From Bdellovibrionales bacterium (lineage in GTDB: Bacteria; Bdellovibrionota; Bdellovibrionia; Bdellovibrionales; JAGQZY01): a stretch of 64,000 nt of DNA. Numbering within the stretch: position 1 is the stretch's first letter; each line of letters starts with the position of its first letter. The notes below the pieces were generated by a model. It saw nothing but the letters and a program-made list of their open reading frames with translations, did not search any database and had not been told where the DNA came from. Made by a program: the position numbers and the translations under genes. Shown in pieces: positions 1 to 9,258 of the stretch. The DNA lies in the NCBI GenBank assembly GCA_031426555.1, contig JANPLN010000054.1, forward strand, positions 14,409 through 78,408. The letters run 5' to 3'.

Positions 1-308
1 ACAAATTGACCAAAGGCTCTAAACAATCCCTCGGTCTTATCAGTTTTAGGATTGCCGATGATGACAGCTTTACCCCCACCCAGATTAAGACCGGCGGCGG
101 CTGCCTTGTAGGTCATGCCTTCGGAAAGTCTTAAAACATCAATGAGGGCTTCTTCTTCGGTCTTGTAGGTCCACATGCGTGTTCCGCCCAGAGCCGGTCC
201 AAGAGCCGTGTTGTGAATCGCGATGATCGCTTTCAAACCGATTTCTCGGTCGTGACAAAAAACAACTTGTTCGTGATTACCGTGCTTACCAATTGCTTCA
301 AAGACCAT
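1..308 (-). CDS. Glu/Leu/Phe/Val dehydrogenase (leucine dehydrogenase-like), N-terminal part, truncated by the window edge
   Basis: Manual translation from ATG at 308 (GAGG SD upstream): [48 protein letters not shown]...[22 protein letters not shown]. Absent from the ORF track because it has no stop in the window. Confidence 0.92.
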   Translation of the reverse strand, partial: MVFEAIGKHGNHEQVVFCHDREIGLKAIIAIHNTALGPALGGTRMWTYKTEEEALIDVLRLSEGMTYKAAAAGLNLGGGKAVIIGNPKTDKTEGLFRAFGQF

Positions 309-436
309 AATGCACCTCGTTTAAATCCACCGGCAGACATTTAATTAATACCGTCCGAGAATAATAAAACATTACGAGTGAATGCAAGTGAATATTGCGC
401 TCATTAGTTGCGCAATACATGACCTATGAGTTTTTG

Positions 437-2158
437 TTATCGACGAAAGCGCGGCTTGCGAGCACCGCCGCTGCCACCGTCACTGCGACTGTCACTGCGC
501 TCACTACTGCGTGCATCGCCGCGGTCACCACCACGGTCGTCGCGACTGCTGCTGCGACGGGCACTGCGTTCTTCGCCACCGCCACCTTCGGCGCGACGCT
601 CAGGGCGCTCAGCGCTGCGGTCGCTACTGCCTTCGGAACGTCGTTCGCTGCTGCGACCACCGCCGCGATAACCACCGCCGCCACCTTCGGAACGTCTTTC
701 CGTGCGTTCACCACCACCGCGTCGTCCGCCACCGCGATAACCACCGCGTCCGCCGCCACCTTCGCGATTGGCGTAGGATTCTTTTTGCGGTTCCTGAATC
801 GCATTATGTCGAAAGAAATCTGGAAAGTGCATGCTGGCAAACATCCCGATGAGAGTTTCGCTTCCTAAACCTTGAACCCACTCAGGCAATTCCAACTTTT
901 CGCCATAAGCCTTGAGTCTTTCAGCCAAACGTTCGTTGGTGAGCATTTTTTCGAAATTTGAAAACAAATTATTTAACATGCTGGTTTGGATCTCCTCGAT
1001 GGAAGGAGGAACCATTTTTAAAATTTCCTGACGCGTCACTTTTTCGATTCGTCGCAACTGGCTCATCTGGGCTGGAGCCACAAGGCTCACAGCCAGACCC
1101 TTTTGACCATTTCGTCCTGTGCGACCGATGCGGTGAATGTAAATTTCTACGTCCCAAGGCAATGACCAATTGATTACGTGAGTGAGATCTTTCACGTCGA
1201 TCCCGCGAGCGGCAACATCTGTCGCCGTTACGATTTGTACATGACGCTTGCGGAACTGTTCTAAAATTCGCTCGCGCTCATTTTGTGATTTGTCGCCGTG
1301 CATGGCTTCGGTCCGAAAGCCCATTTTATTTAAATAGCCAGCGAGGTCATCAGCTTCGCCGCGAGTTTGAGTGAAGATGAGTCCGTAAAAATCATTATGT
1401 TTCATTAATATGCGTTTAAGAACTTCGAGTTTGTCTTTGCCGTTTGCCAAAATAAAAGATTGTTCGATGTCGGTGGTGACTTGTTTGCCCGTTGTCTTTT
1501 TTACGACGAGAGGATTTTTTAAATATTTATCGGTGATTCGTTGAATTTCAGTGCTCATGGTTGCCGAGAACAACCAAATATTTTTTTCGCTCTCTTCGCG
1601 CTGGGCTTGCATCTTTTTTAAGATCACATTGAGAGCTTCTTGAAATCCCATAGATAACATTTCATCAGCTTCATCGAGAACTAAATTTCTAATATGTTCT
1701 AAGCTAACTAGGCCTTGCTCCATCAAGTCGATCAGACGACCGGGAGTTGCGACCACGATCTGTGCGCCGCTTTTTAAAGCGCGAATTTGCGTTTGGTAGC
1801 TTGAGCCACCGTAAATCAACGCCACTTTGATGCGACGAAATTGTCCCATTTTTTCGATCTGACCAGCCACCTGCTGCGCCAATTCGCGAGTGGGGCATAA
1901 AACGAGAGCTTGTGGTTTTTTAATTCCGTCTTCGAGTCTTTCGATCAGCGGGATCGCAAAGGCACCGGTTTTTCCAGTTCCTGTGGACGCCATGCCGATG
2001 AAGTCTCGGTTCTCTTTTAATAATTCAGGGATGGTGGCTTTTTGAATATCTGTGGGTTCTTTAAACCCCATACTCGTCAGGTGATCTGCAAATGCAGCTT
2101 GAATCCCTAGATTCAAAAAAGACGATGATTCAACAACAGGTTCCACAACAGATTCCAC
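437..2158 (-). CDS. DEAD-box RNA helicase (CshA/DeaD-like) with Arg/Gly/Ser-rich C-terminal tail
   Basis: Q motif (GFKEPTDIQ), ASTGTGKT, PTRELA, TPGRL, DEAD, SAT, ARGID, HRIGRTGR; low-complexity RGG tail. Confidence 0.95.
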   Translation of the reverse strand: MESVVEPVVESSSFLNLGIQAAFADHLTSMGFKEPTDIQKATIPELLKENRDFIGMASTGTGKTGAFAIPLIERLEDGIKKPQALVLCPTRELAQQVAGQIEKMGQFRRIKVALIYGGSSYQTQIRALKSGAQIVVATPGRLIDLMEQGLVSLEHIRNLVLDEADEMLSMGFQEALNVILKKMQAQREESEKNIWLFSATMSTEIQRITDKYLKNPLVVKKTTGKQVTTDIEQSFILANGKDKLEVLKRILMKHNDFYGLIFTQTRGEADDLAGYLNKMGFRTEAMHGDKSQNERERILEQFRKRHVQIVTATDVAARGIDVKDLTHVINWSLPWDVEIYIHRIGRTGRNGQKGLAVSLVAPAQMSQLRRIEKVTRQEILKMVPPSIEEIQTSMLNNLFSNFEKMLTNERLAERLKAYGEKLELPEWVQGLGSETLIGMFASMHFPDFFRHNAIQEPQKESYANREGGGGRGGYRGGGRRGGGERTERRSEGGGGGYRGGGRSSERRSEGSSDRSAERPERRAEGGGGEERSARRSSSRDDRGGDRGDARSSERSDSRSDGGSGGARKPRFRR

Positions 2159-2316
2159 GATAACTCTCTTTCCGCCAACACAACGCAGGGCGATTTAATG
2201 AAAAAGAGTTATAGCACAAATTTACAGGTCAAAGGAAATTTGCTAAAAAATTGTAAAAGCGACAAAACCGCCGCTTTCTTAGACACTTATGAATTCTACG
2301 TCTGAGTTTAAAACTA

Positions 2317-2619
2317 TTATTGTTTCAAGGATTTATCGTTCAATTCTATGGCGGTGGGCTCGGAATCGTCCACGCCATAACCGGCATTGTCCTGAATGGC
2401 ATTGATGTGACGGCCTTTGGCTTCAACCTGGGGTTCAACAACCTTCCGTTTTGCAGCGTGATCCTCGTCCGACGACTTTACAGCTCCTTGTAAGGCATCG
2501 TAAACCTCGCCGTAATCGTCCTTTTTGAAAGAGAAATTTTGGAAGACGACCGCCATAAAAAAGAACGTCAGCATTGCCATAAAGGCTATAAACAATTTTT
2601 TCGAAGAAAGACCAGCCAT
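2317..2619 (-). CDS. Small hypothetical protein with N-terminal membrane anchor/signal
   Basis: 100 aa ORF, GGGGG SD-like upstream, hydrophobic N-terminus ending VVFQNFS. Confidence 0.7.
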   Translation of the reverse strand: MAGLSSKKLFIAFMAMLTFFFMAVVFQNFSFKKDDYGEVYDALQGAVKSSDEDHAAKRKVVEPQVEAKGRHINAIQDNAGYGVDDSEPTAIELNDKSLKQ

Positions 2620-2726
2620 AACACCCCCTAGGCTTACTTAATATCGTATCGCAAGAGTCTGGCTCGTACGAGCCCAAGCCTACCCCTGTCTCGGGGTGAG
2701 GCGTTTTTGTCTCGCTTCGATACAAT

Positions 2727-3854
2727 TTACTGGCTAACACCCGTTCCGCTCGTTGGAAGTTGAGCTTGCCCGCGGCAGTCGGCATTGGCACAACAGGCGC
2801 GCGCGAAATCAGCCAGCGCCACCAATCCCTGAGTCATGTCGTACATGCGGTTTGCTGCATCCGCAGAAGGAGGTAATAAACCGCCAGCTTCCGGCGTGTT
2901 CACAATACTATAAAGACTGGTCAGCAAATTTCCCTCGCGCAAAGAATCATGTTCTGAATTGGCGCGAGTGTGACCATTAAAAAGGTAAGTCTTGCCGGCG
3001 TTGGCCCCGGGCATGGAACTGTCCATGCCCATCGGCATGTAGGCGAGTCGACCAATTTCACCCATTTTCATCGGCAGGATGGGATCTGAGTGAACTCGAT
3101 GAATGGAAACGCGCGCCAAACCGGCTTTAGAATCATAAGACGCCGCAATCCTCAACGGCTGTGCTGGGTCCCCATCGAAGGGAAAATCAAAACCCGCTCT
3201 TCCTTCGGGGGAACACGTCATTCTGTACTGCTCGCGCATAAATATACCAGCGTTGATTAAGACAGACCCACCCTCTGCGCCATACCTTTCGAGAAGGTTT
3301 GAATTTTCCCATTCCTCGGCAGACATGGAAGCCATCATCGCCGTCCAATAGCTTGTGGCATTTGGATCGATGCCCGTACTTGCTGGGATTTGGTCTATGG
3401 TCGTTGGTTGAGCGTGGGCCGTGGAGATAAATGGATTCATGGGTACGAGTTGCGCCGTTCTGCTAAAGCGCGGAAATTTTTTGCCAAACCATTTTTCTAA
3501 ATTCATTTGTTTAGGCTTTGTAATGTCGTAGCCGTTCCAGGTGAAAATCAATTGGTCGGCTTTGGCGCTGACTCTCAGAACAGAGGGTTTTTTACTTTTA
3601 TTTTTTTCGAACACCATCAACGATGTTCCCGAAACAATCACTTGTGGCATTATTTCTTTTGCAAATTTAGAAAAATGGGTTCGGCGAAAACGTTTGTTCT
3701 TAGGAGAACTTTTTTCGATCCATTCGCCAATGGTTTTTGCCGATCGAAGCTCGGCGCCCATGGCTTGCACCACTTTTTCAGGAGTCGGAGTTTTTGCTTG
3801 GGCCAGAGCTGGGCTCACTGATAAAAGAGAACACACTAAAAGCCTCAAAAACAT
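2727..3854 (-). CDS. Hypothetical secreted protein
   Basis: 375 aa, Sec signal (…SPALA/Q), GAGG SD, C-terminal Cys cluster ACCANADC. Confidence 0.75.
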   Translation of the reverse strand: MFLRLLVCSLLSVSPALAQAKTPTPEKVVQAMGAELRSAKTIGEWIEKSSPKNKRFRRTHFSKFAKEIMPQVIVSGTSLMVFEKNKSKKPSVLRVSAKADQLIFTWNGYDITKPKQMNLEKWFGKKFPRFSRTAQLVPMNPFISTAHAQPTTIDQIPASTGIDPNATSYWTAMMASMSAEEWENSNLLERYGAEGGSVLINAGIFMREQYRMTCSPEGRAGFDFPFDGDPAQPLRIAASYDSKAGLARVSIHRVHSDPILPMKMGEIGRLAYMPMGMDSSMPGANAGKTYLFNGHTRANSEHDSLREGNLLTSLYSIVNTPEAGGLLPPSADAANRMYDMTQGLVALADFARACCANADCRGQAQLPTSGTGVSQ

Positions 3855-3885
3855 AAAAACCTCACGCTAAAAAATGTTAACTTAC

Positions 3886-4839
3886 CTAATAGAATTCTAC
3901 TAAATCATTTTCATGAAAGCCTGAGCCTGAGTGAACCTGCGCCACGGCTCCATCGTTGCCAAAGTAACTCACCACTTCCACGGTTCCCTTCATGCGACCG
4001 CGCACGCTGCCGATGGAGCGGCTGGTCTCGGGATCAAAAACCTCTTCTTGCTCTTCAACGATGCGCAACAGGTCACCAATTTGCAATCCCGACACTCGGC
4101 CCGCATTCAGGTAAACCCGTTCCCCTTTAACCAGGGCCACGCGGCCTTCCCATGAAAAGCGTTTCAAGGTGGCAAACAAAGCTGGGAGAGTTTTTTCGAA
4201 AGCAGTTTCCACCACAAAACGCACGGCCGTGGGATCGTCTTTCATGTCTTGATCCATGTACGCTCGTTGCGCAATTTTTGTGCTACCTTCGCTCATGTCG
4301 GCGTCTTGCGTGTCGGTTTCCATCACTTGTCCGCTGCGCACCGAAATAATTTTCAATTCCGCAACGGCGCGAATTTCCGCTTTCACCCGACGAAAGATTC
4401 CTACCGAGTCGCCGCGCTTTCCGGTTTTTAAATCTTTCACTGTGCCCAATACAATGGCGTGCACGCCTGAGTTTTTAATTTTTTTTACGATTTCTGTCAT
4501 GTTGTAGGACGCGCCGGTTTTATATTTTTCGATGTTCTCTATCCCCACGGCGCTGGGCTCAATCATCACCGCTAAGTCCATTTTTTCGACTTGGGAAACA
4601 AAAAACGTACGTGCCTCTGTCACCAATTCTTCGTGGTTGTAGGAGCTGATATTTAAAAACGGCAGAATCAAAATGCGTCGGCGCATTTCCCCGTCCATAT
4701 TTCGCGCATTAAACATCGCATCCGCGTTGTGCTTAATTTCGGGCTGTGAACGATCTTTAACATGAATTACAGAACAGCCGGCCGTTGTTAAACCTACCGC
4801 TAAACTCATCAGTAAAAAACAGAATATGATTTTTATCAT
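3886..4839 (-). CDS. Lipoprotein with CsgG/FlgT-like alpha/beta domain and FlgT-C-like beta domain
   Basis: Likely start MIKII at 4839; lipobox TAGC; RRRILILPF; C-terminal WEGRVALVKGERVYLNAGRVSGLQIGDLL resembles the FlgT C-terminal domain. Confidence 0.65.
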   Translation of the reverse strand: MIKIIFCFLLMSLAVGLTTAGCSVIHVKDRSQPEIKHNADAMFNARNMDGEMRRRILILPFLNISSYNHEELVTEARTFFVSQVEKMDLAVMIEPSAVGIENIEKYKTGASYNMTEIVKKIKNSGVHAIVLGTVKDLKTGKRGDSVGIFRRVKAEIRAVAELKIISVRSGQVMETDTQDADMSEGSTKIAQRAYMDQDMKDDPTAVRFVVETAFEKTLPALFATLKRFSWEGRVALVKGERVYLNAGRVSGLQIGDLLRIVEEQEEVFDPETSRSIGSVRGRMKGTVEVVSYFGNDGAVAQVHSGSGFHENDLVEFY

Positions 4840-4843
4840 GCTT

Positions 4844-5854
4844 CTATTGTATGCTGTTTTTCGTCTGAACATCAAACACGACTTGACTTGAGTCGCTGCT
4901 GATCACCTGAGTGAGAAAGCCTTTCCAATGAAACTGAACCAAAGCCTGGTTGAGCTTTTCGCCATCGATCCCTTTAATTTCGAAAACCACTTGGTCTCTC
5001 TCGTAGGAAATAATTTGCGCAGTCGTCGGGCTTTTTGCTGAGCTTTGAACAGCCCCCTGCAGGTGCTGCTTAATGGTCTCCATTTGTTCCCCAGAAAGAC
5101 GGCCCGTGAGAACGAGCTTTGTTGAGCTCTCAAGCTTTTCGGGCTTGTAGCTTTCGATCCGCGCATGCAGATCTGTCATTGTGCCTAACATAAAATCTTT
5201 GCTCTCACCGATGGCGAGAAGCAAGTGCCGGTACTGGTGCGGAGGCAGATCATAAATTCGTAACGTCTCACCGATTTTTTGGCCATTTTTAGCTCGAAAG
5301 ACTTCAAGCTTTTGCGTCCAGCGTACGCCCTGTACGATCATGGGACTAGGTTCAATACGAACGTCGCCGGTCAATAGCAGCGCCGCTGCTTTGTGCTTTG
5401 CAAACTCCATCTTTTTTTCGAAGGACAGGGCACTCATTTGTAATTCAGGTTGCGGGTCTTTCGCCAGGACCGTGGGATATTCCCATTTTGTTAATGGCCG
5501 CCCCACAAGGGTTTGATACCACTGCCTGAAGAGATCTTTCATCTCGATGGACGAAGAATCCTCGGCCCACCAGTTGTAAACTTCGCCGTCACCAAAGGAG
5601 CTATAGAATGTGACGAGCGGAAGAATGGACGCGCGCACTGTAGATCGATCAGCCGATCTATCTGTCGATCTATCTGTCGATCTATCTGTCGATCGATCTA
5701 CAGTGGCTTCCGCAGTCGTGGCAGTAAAAAGAGGAGAGACGAAAAGAAGACTGGTAAAAATAAAACAGAAGGTGACACGAAAGCGTCTGCTAAAGGCGAA
5801 CTTCGATAAACTGCGTGGGTCCGATGTCGTTTTGAATGGATTCGAAAAAATCAT
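4844..5854 (-). CDS. Hypothetical exported protein with DRST repeats
   Basis: 336 aa ORF, signal-like hydrophobic segment followed by (DRST)n; start overlaps the dnaE 3' end and is uncertain. Confidence 0.7.
   Translation of the reverse strand: MIFSNPFKTTSDPRSLSKFAFSRRFRVTFCFIFTSLLFVSPLFTATTAEATVDRSTDRSTDRSTDRSADRSTVRASILPLVTFYSSFGDGEVYNWWAEDSSSIEMKDLFRQWYQTLVGRPLTKWEYPTVLAKDPQPELQMSALSFEKKMEFAKHKAAALLLTGDVRIEPSPMIVQGVRWTQKLEVFRAKNGQKIGETLRIYDLPPHQYRHLLLAIGESKDFMLGTMTDLHARIESYKPEKLESSTKLVLTGRLSGEQMETIKQHLQGAVQSSAKSPTTAQIISYERDQVVFEIKGIDGEKLNQALVQFHWKGFLTQVISSDSSQVVFDVQTKNSIQ
5636..5705. repeat. Three 12-bp tandem units (CGATCTATCTGT) bracketed by a perfect 15-bp inverted repeat
   Basis: CACTGTAGATCGATC 5636-5650 / GATCGATCTACAGTG 5691-5705; tandem units 5654-5689. 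Confidence 0.9.
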
Positions 5855-8800
5855 GGCTAAGTGTGACTCCCTTAGGTTCTAATATATCTAACATCACACG
5901 TTTTTCTAAGTCAGGAAGTTGCATCTCAAACGAAAGTCGAGTTTCTCCAGGGAAGGCCATGAGTTTTTCTTGCAGTTTTTCTAATTTTGGCAGCAAACCG
6001 CTGTCAATTTTAAACACGGCTCTGGAGGCCCGCTGCAAGATCACATTTAAAAGTTCTACTTTTTCGAGAATGATTTTTTGCGAATCACCGTCTTTTTCAA
6101 GCACTCCCGTGATCAAAATGGGTTGCTCTTGTTTTAATAACAATTCGCTTTTTGCGTAGACATCAGGGAAGGCAATCACCTCGACAACGGAGCTTAAATC
6201 CTCCAGTTGCAAAAATGCCATGCGTGTTCCTTTTTTGGTGATGATCTCTCGCCGATCCACCACGAGTCCTACCAAAGACAACTTCTTTTTGTGGGCGAAA
6301 TTTTTTAGCTCCTGGATGGTACCGTCGGTCCAAGCCCGCGCGATGGTCTCGTAGCCGTTGAGCGGATGATCACTCAGGTAAAACCCAAGCACGTCTTTTT
6401 CGAAACCCAGCTGCGCCATGCGATGCCAAGTGGCCACCTCTGGCAATTCGATTTTTTCCGAAACACCCTCGTCCATCATGGCAAACAGAGACTCCTGCCC
6501 CACTTCCATATCGCGGCGTTTGGTTTCGACCATGTCTAAGATTTTTTCGTGCTCCTGAAACATTTGTGCGCGATGGTAGCCAAAATGGTCCAGGGCTCCG
6601 GCTTTAATTAGACACTCCACCACTTTTTTATTCACGCGTCGGAGGTCGACTTTTTCAAAAAACTCCTGCAGCGATGCGAATATCTTTGTTGGCAATGTTT
6701 CGCGCGCCTCTAGGATCGCCTGGACCGCCGCCTCGCCCACGCCTTTGATGGCGCCCAGGCTGTAGTACATCACTTCGCCCTTCACGTTGAATTTGTAATC
6801 TGAAAAATTAACATGTGGTGCTTGAATTTCGATGCCGCGACGGCGACACAGCTTGATGTACTTTACGATTTTATCCGTGTCGGACATTTCCGTGCTCAAC
6901 AGCGCTGCAAAAAATTCCACTGGATAGTAGTGCTTCAGCCACGCGGTTTGCGCCGCAATCACGCAGTAGGCGGCTGAGTGGGATTTGTTAAACCCGTAAT
7001 TGGCAAACTCTGCCATCAACTCGAAAAGTTCCTCTGATTTTTTAAGGTCAAAACCGTTTTTTATCGCTCCAGAAACAAAACGATCTTTTTGTTGGGCCAT
7101 TTCTTTTGGATCTTTTTTACCCATGGCGCGGCGTAAGATATCCGCTTCGCCCAATGAGTACGATGCAACTTTCGACGCAATCAACTGCACCTGTTCTTGA
7201 TAAATAATAATTCCATATGTCTCTTTGAGAACATCCTCGAGCTCGGGAAACAGGTAAACAACCTTAGCTTCGCCGTGCTTTCTCTTTGTGTAATCGGGAA
7301 TCATATCCATGGGTCCCGGTCGGTAAAGAGCGTTGATGGCCATAATGTCTTCAAAACACGTGGGCTTAATTTTTTTAAGGGCGTCAGTGATTCCATCGCC
7401 TTCAAACTGAAACACACCGGCTGAGTCGCCGCTCGACATCAAATCGTAAATATTTTTATCGCTCAGCGGAATCTCTTGTGGAGTGATGGCTTTGCCGCGA
7501 TTTTTCAGAATCAAGCGCAGAGTGTCTTGAATGTGCGTGAGCGTTTTAAGACCCAAAAAGTCAAATTTAATAAGACCAATTTTTTCGGCGTGCTTCATGT
7601 CGTACTGGAGCACGTTTTCGCCTTCGGCGCCGCGATAGAGAGGCGCGTGGTCCACCAGTCGGCCATCGGCGATCACAACACCAGCGGCGTGAATCCCTGC
7701 GTGCCTGACAAGGCCTTCAATACGCTGAGCCAGGTCCATCAATGTATTGATCTGCGGGTTGGCTTCCATGGCTTCACCGATGCGCGGTTCGAGCTTGAGA
7801 GCCTCTTCGATCGTGAGGCCTAACTTATCGGGCATGAGTTTAGAGATGACATCAACATCGGCGTAAACCATTCCCAGCACGCGACCCACATCGCGGATGG
7901 CGGCGCGGGCTTGCAAACGACCGTAGGTGATAATTTGCGACACACTTTCGAAGCCGTATTTTTCGGTGACGTAACGGATCACATCGCCCCGTCGCTCTTG
8001 GCAAAAATCCACGTCAAAATCGGGCATACTCACCCGCTCGGGATTGAGGAAGCGCTCAAAAATTAAACTGTAGCGTACGGGATCGAGATCCGTGATTTTG
8101 AGCGTGTAAGCGACAAGGGATCCTGCACCCGATCCCCGCCCCGGGCCCACGGGAATATCGTTGGTCTTCGCCCAGTTAATAAAATCTTGAACGATCAAAA
8201 AGTAACCTAAAAAACCCATGCCTTCGATGACTTTAATTTCGTACTTTAAACGATCGAAGTACTGCGGCTTGTTGGCCTCTTCGACGGCTTCGCCGCGCTT
8301 TTCGGCCTCATGAAAGCGATCTTCTAAACCCTTAAAAGTGAGACGCTCCATCTCCTCCCGGAGAGTCATCCCCTCGGGAGTTGGAAACGATGGCAAGTGG
8401 TAAATGGCCTTGCCGCTAGCGTCTTTCAGTTTGAAATCCACTTTGCAACGCTCGGCGATCTCGAGAGTGGCATCGCAAACACCCGGCACATCTTTAAACA
8501 GATCCTGCATTTGTTGAGGAGACTTAAAGTAAAACTCATCGCTCCCTAAACGAAAGCGTGAAGGATCGTTGAGGGTTTTGTTGCTGCCGATGCAGATCAG
8601 AACTTCCTGCGGCAACTGATCTTCTTTGTTCAGGTAATGGACGTCGTTGGTGGCCACACAACGAACGTCGAGATCTTTTCCTGCCTGCAATAAAAACGGA
8701 TTCAAGCGCTCCCACTCAGGCGTGCGCGAGCGATTGAGCTCGAGATAAAAGCGATCGCCAAAGATGTCTTTAAATTGTTTGATCTTATCGTAGGCCATGT

Positions 8801-9257
8801 CCGTGCCCACTTTTAAAAAGGCTTGGGCCACTTCGCCGTAGGTACCGCCGCTCAAGGCAATGAGATCCTCGTTGAACTCTTTGAGGACTTCGTAATCAAT
8901 GCGCGGTTTGTAGTAAAAGCCTTCTTGATAACCAATGCTGCTCAGGCGACACAGATTTTGATAGCCCTTGTAGTTTTGTGCAAGCAGAACCAATCGCGTT
9001 GAATTTGGCTTGCCATCGGTGCTGCTCTTTACCTTGCGCGATTGCGGCGCTAAGTAGGCATCCATCCCGATGAGAGCTTTAAGCCCTGCATCTTTGCACG
9101 CAAAATAAAATTCAATGGCGCCAAATAAATTTCCATTGTCGGTCATCGCCACGGCGGGCATGCCAAAACTCTTTGCTCGTTCGGCAATTTTTTTAGGTAA
9201 GCACGTGGCTTCTAAAAGTGAGTATTGAGAATGAACGTGCAGATGGACAAAGGACAT
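5790..9257 (-). CDS. dnaE: DNA polymerase III alpha subunit
   Basis: PHP HLHVHSQYS, GRGSGAGS, FERFLNPERVSMPDFDVDF, YGFNKSH, C-terminal OB fold; 1155 aa, no intein-sized insert. Confidence 0.98.
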   Translation of the reverse strand: MSFVHLHVHSQYSLLEATCLPKKIAERAKSFGMPAVAMTDNGNLFGAIEFYFACKDAGLKALIGMDAYLAPQSRKVKSSTDGKPNSTRLVLLAQNYKGYQNLCRLSSIGYQEGFYYKPRIDYEVLKEFNEDLIALSGGTYGEVAQAFLKVGTDMAYDKIKQFKDIFGDRFYLELNRSRTPEWERLNPFLLQAGKDLDVRCVATNDVHYLNKEDQLPQEVLICIGSNKTLNDPSRFRLGSDEFYFKSPQQMQDLFKDVPGVCDATLEIAERCKVDFKLKDASGKAIYHLPSFPTPEGMTLREEMERLTFKGLEDRFHEAEKRGEAVEEANKPQYFDRLKYEIKVIEGMGFLGYFLIVQDFINWAKTNDIPVGPGRGSGAGSLVAYTLKITDLDPVRYSLIFERFLNPERVSMPDFDVDFCQERRGDVIRYVTEKYGFESVSQIITYGRLQARAAIRDVGRVLGMVYADVDVISKLMPDKLGLTIEEALKLEPRIGEAMEANPQINTLMDLAQRIEGLVRHAGIHAAGVVIADGRLVDHAPLYRGAEGENVLQYDMKHAEKIGLIKFDFLGLKTLTHIQDTLRLILKNRGKAITPQEIPLSDKNIYDLMSSGDSAGVFQFEGDGITDALKKIKPTCFEDIMAINALYRPGPMDMIPDYTKRKHGEAKVVYLFPELEDVLKETYGIIIYQEQVQLIASKVASYSLGEADILRRAMGKKDPKEMAQQKDRFVSGAIKNGFDLKKSEELFELMAEFANYGFNKSHSAAYCVIAAQTAWLKHYYPVEFFAALLSTEMSDTDKIVKYIKLCRRRGIEIQAPHVNFSDYKFNVKGEVMYYSLGAIKGVGEAAVQAILEARETLPTKIFASLQEFFEKVDLRRVNKKVVECLIKAGALDHFGYHRAQMFQEHEKILDMVETKRRDMEVGQESLFAMMDEGVSEKIELPEVATWHRMAQLGFEKDVLGFYLSDHPLNGYETIARAWTDGTIQELKNFAHKKKLSLVGLVVDRREIITKKGTRMAFLQLEDLSSVVEVIAFPDVYAKSELLLKQEQPILITGVLEKDGDSQKIILEKVELLNVILQRASRAVFKIDSGLLPKLEKLQEKLMAFPGETRLSFEMQLPDLEKRVMLDILEPKGVTLSHDFFESIQNDIGPTQFIEVRL

Positions 9258-9258
9258 C

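Noticed and set aside
395..868. Ala/Thr-rich ORFs (395-868 +, 424-840 -, 511-852 +)
   Set aside because: Shadow frames of the low-complexity RGG tail of the DEAD-box helicase.
5790..9257. Intein in dnaE
   Set aside because: Length and motif spacing are normal, with no splice-junction motifs.
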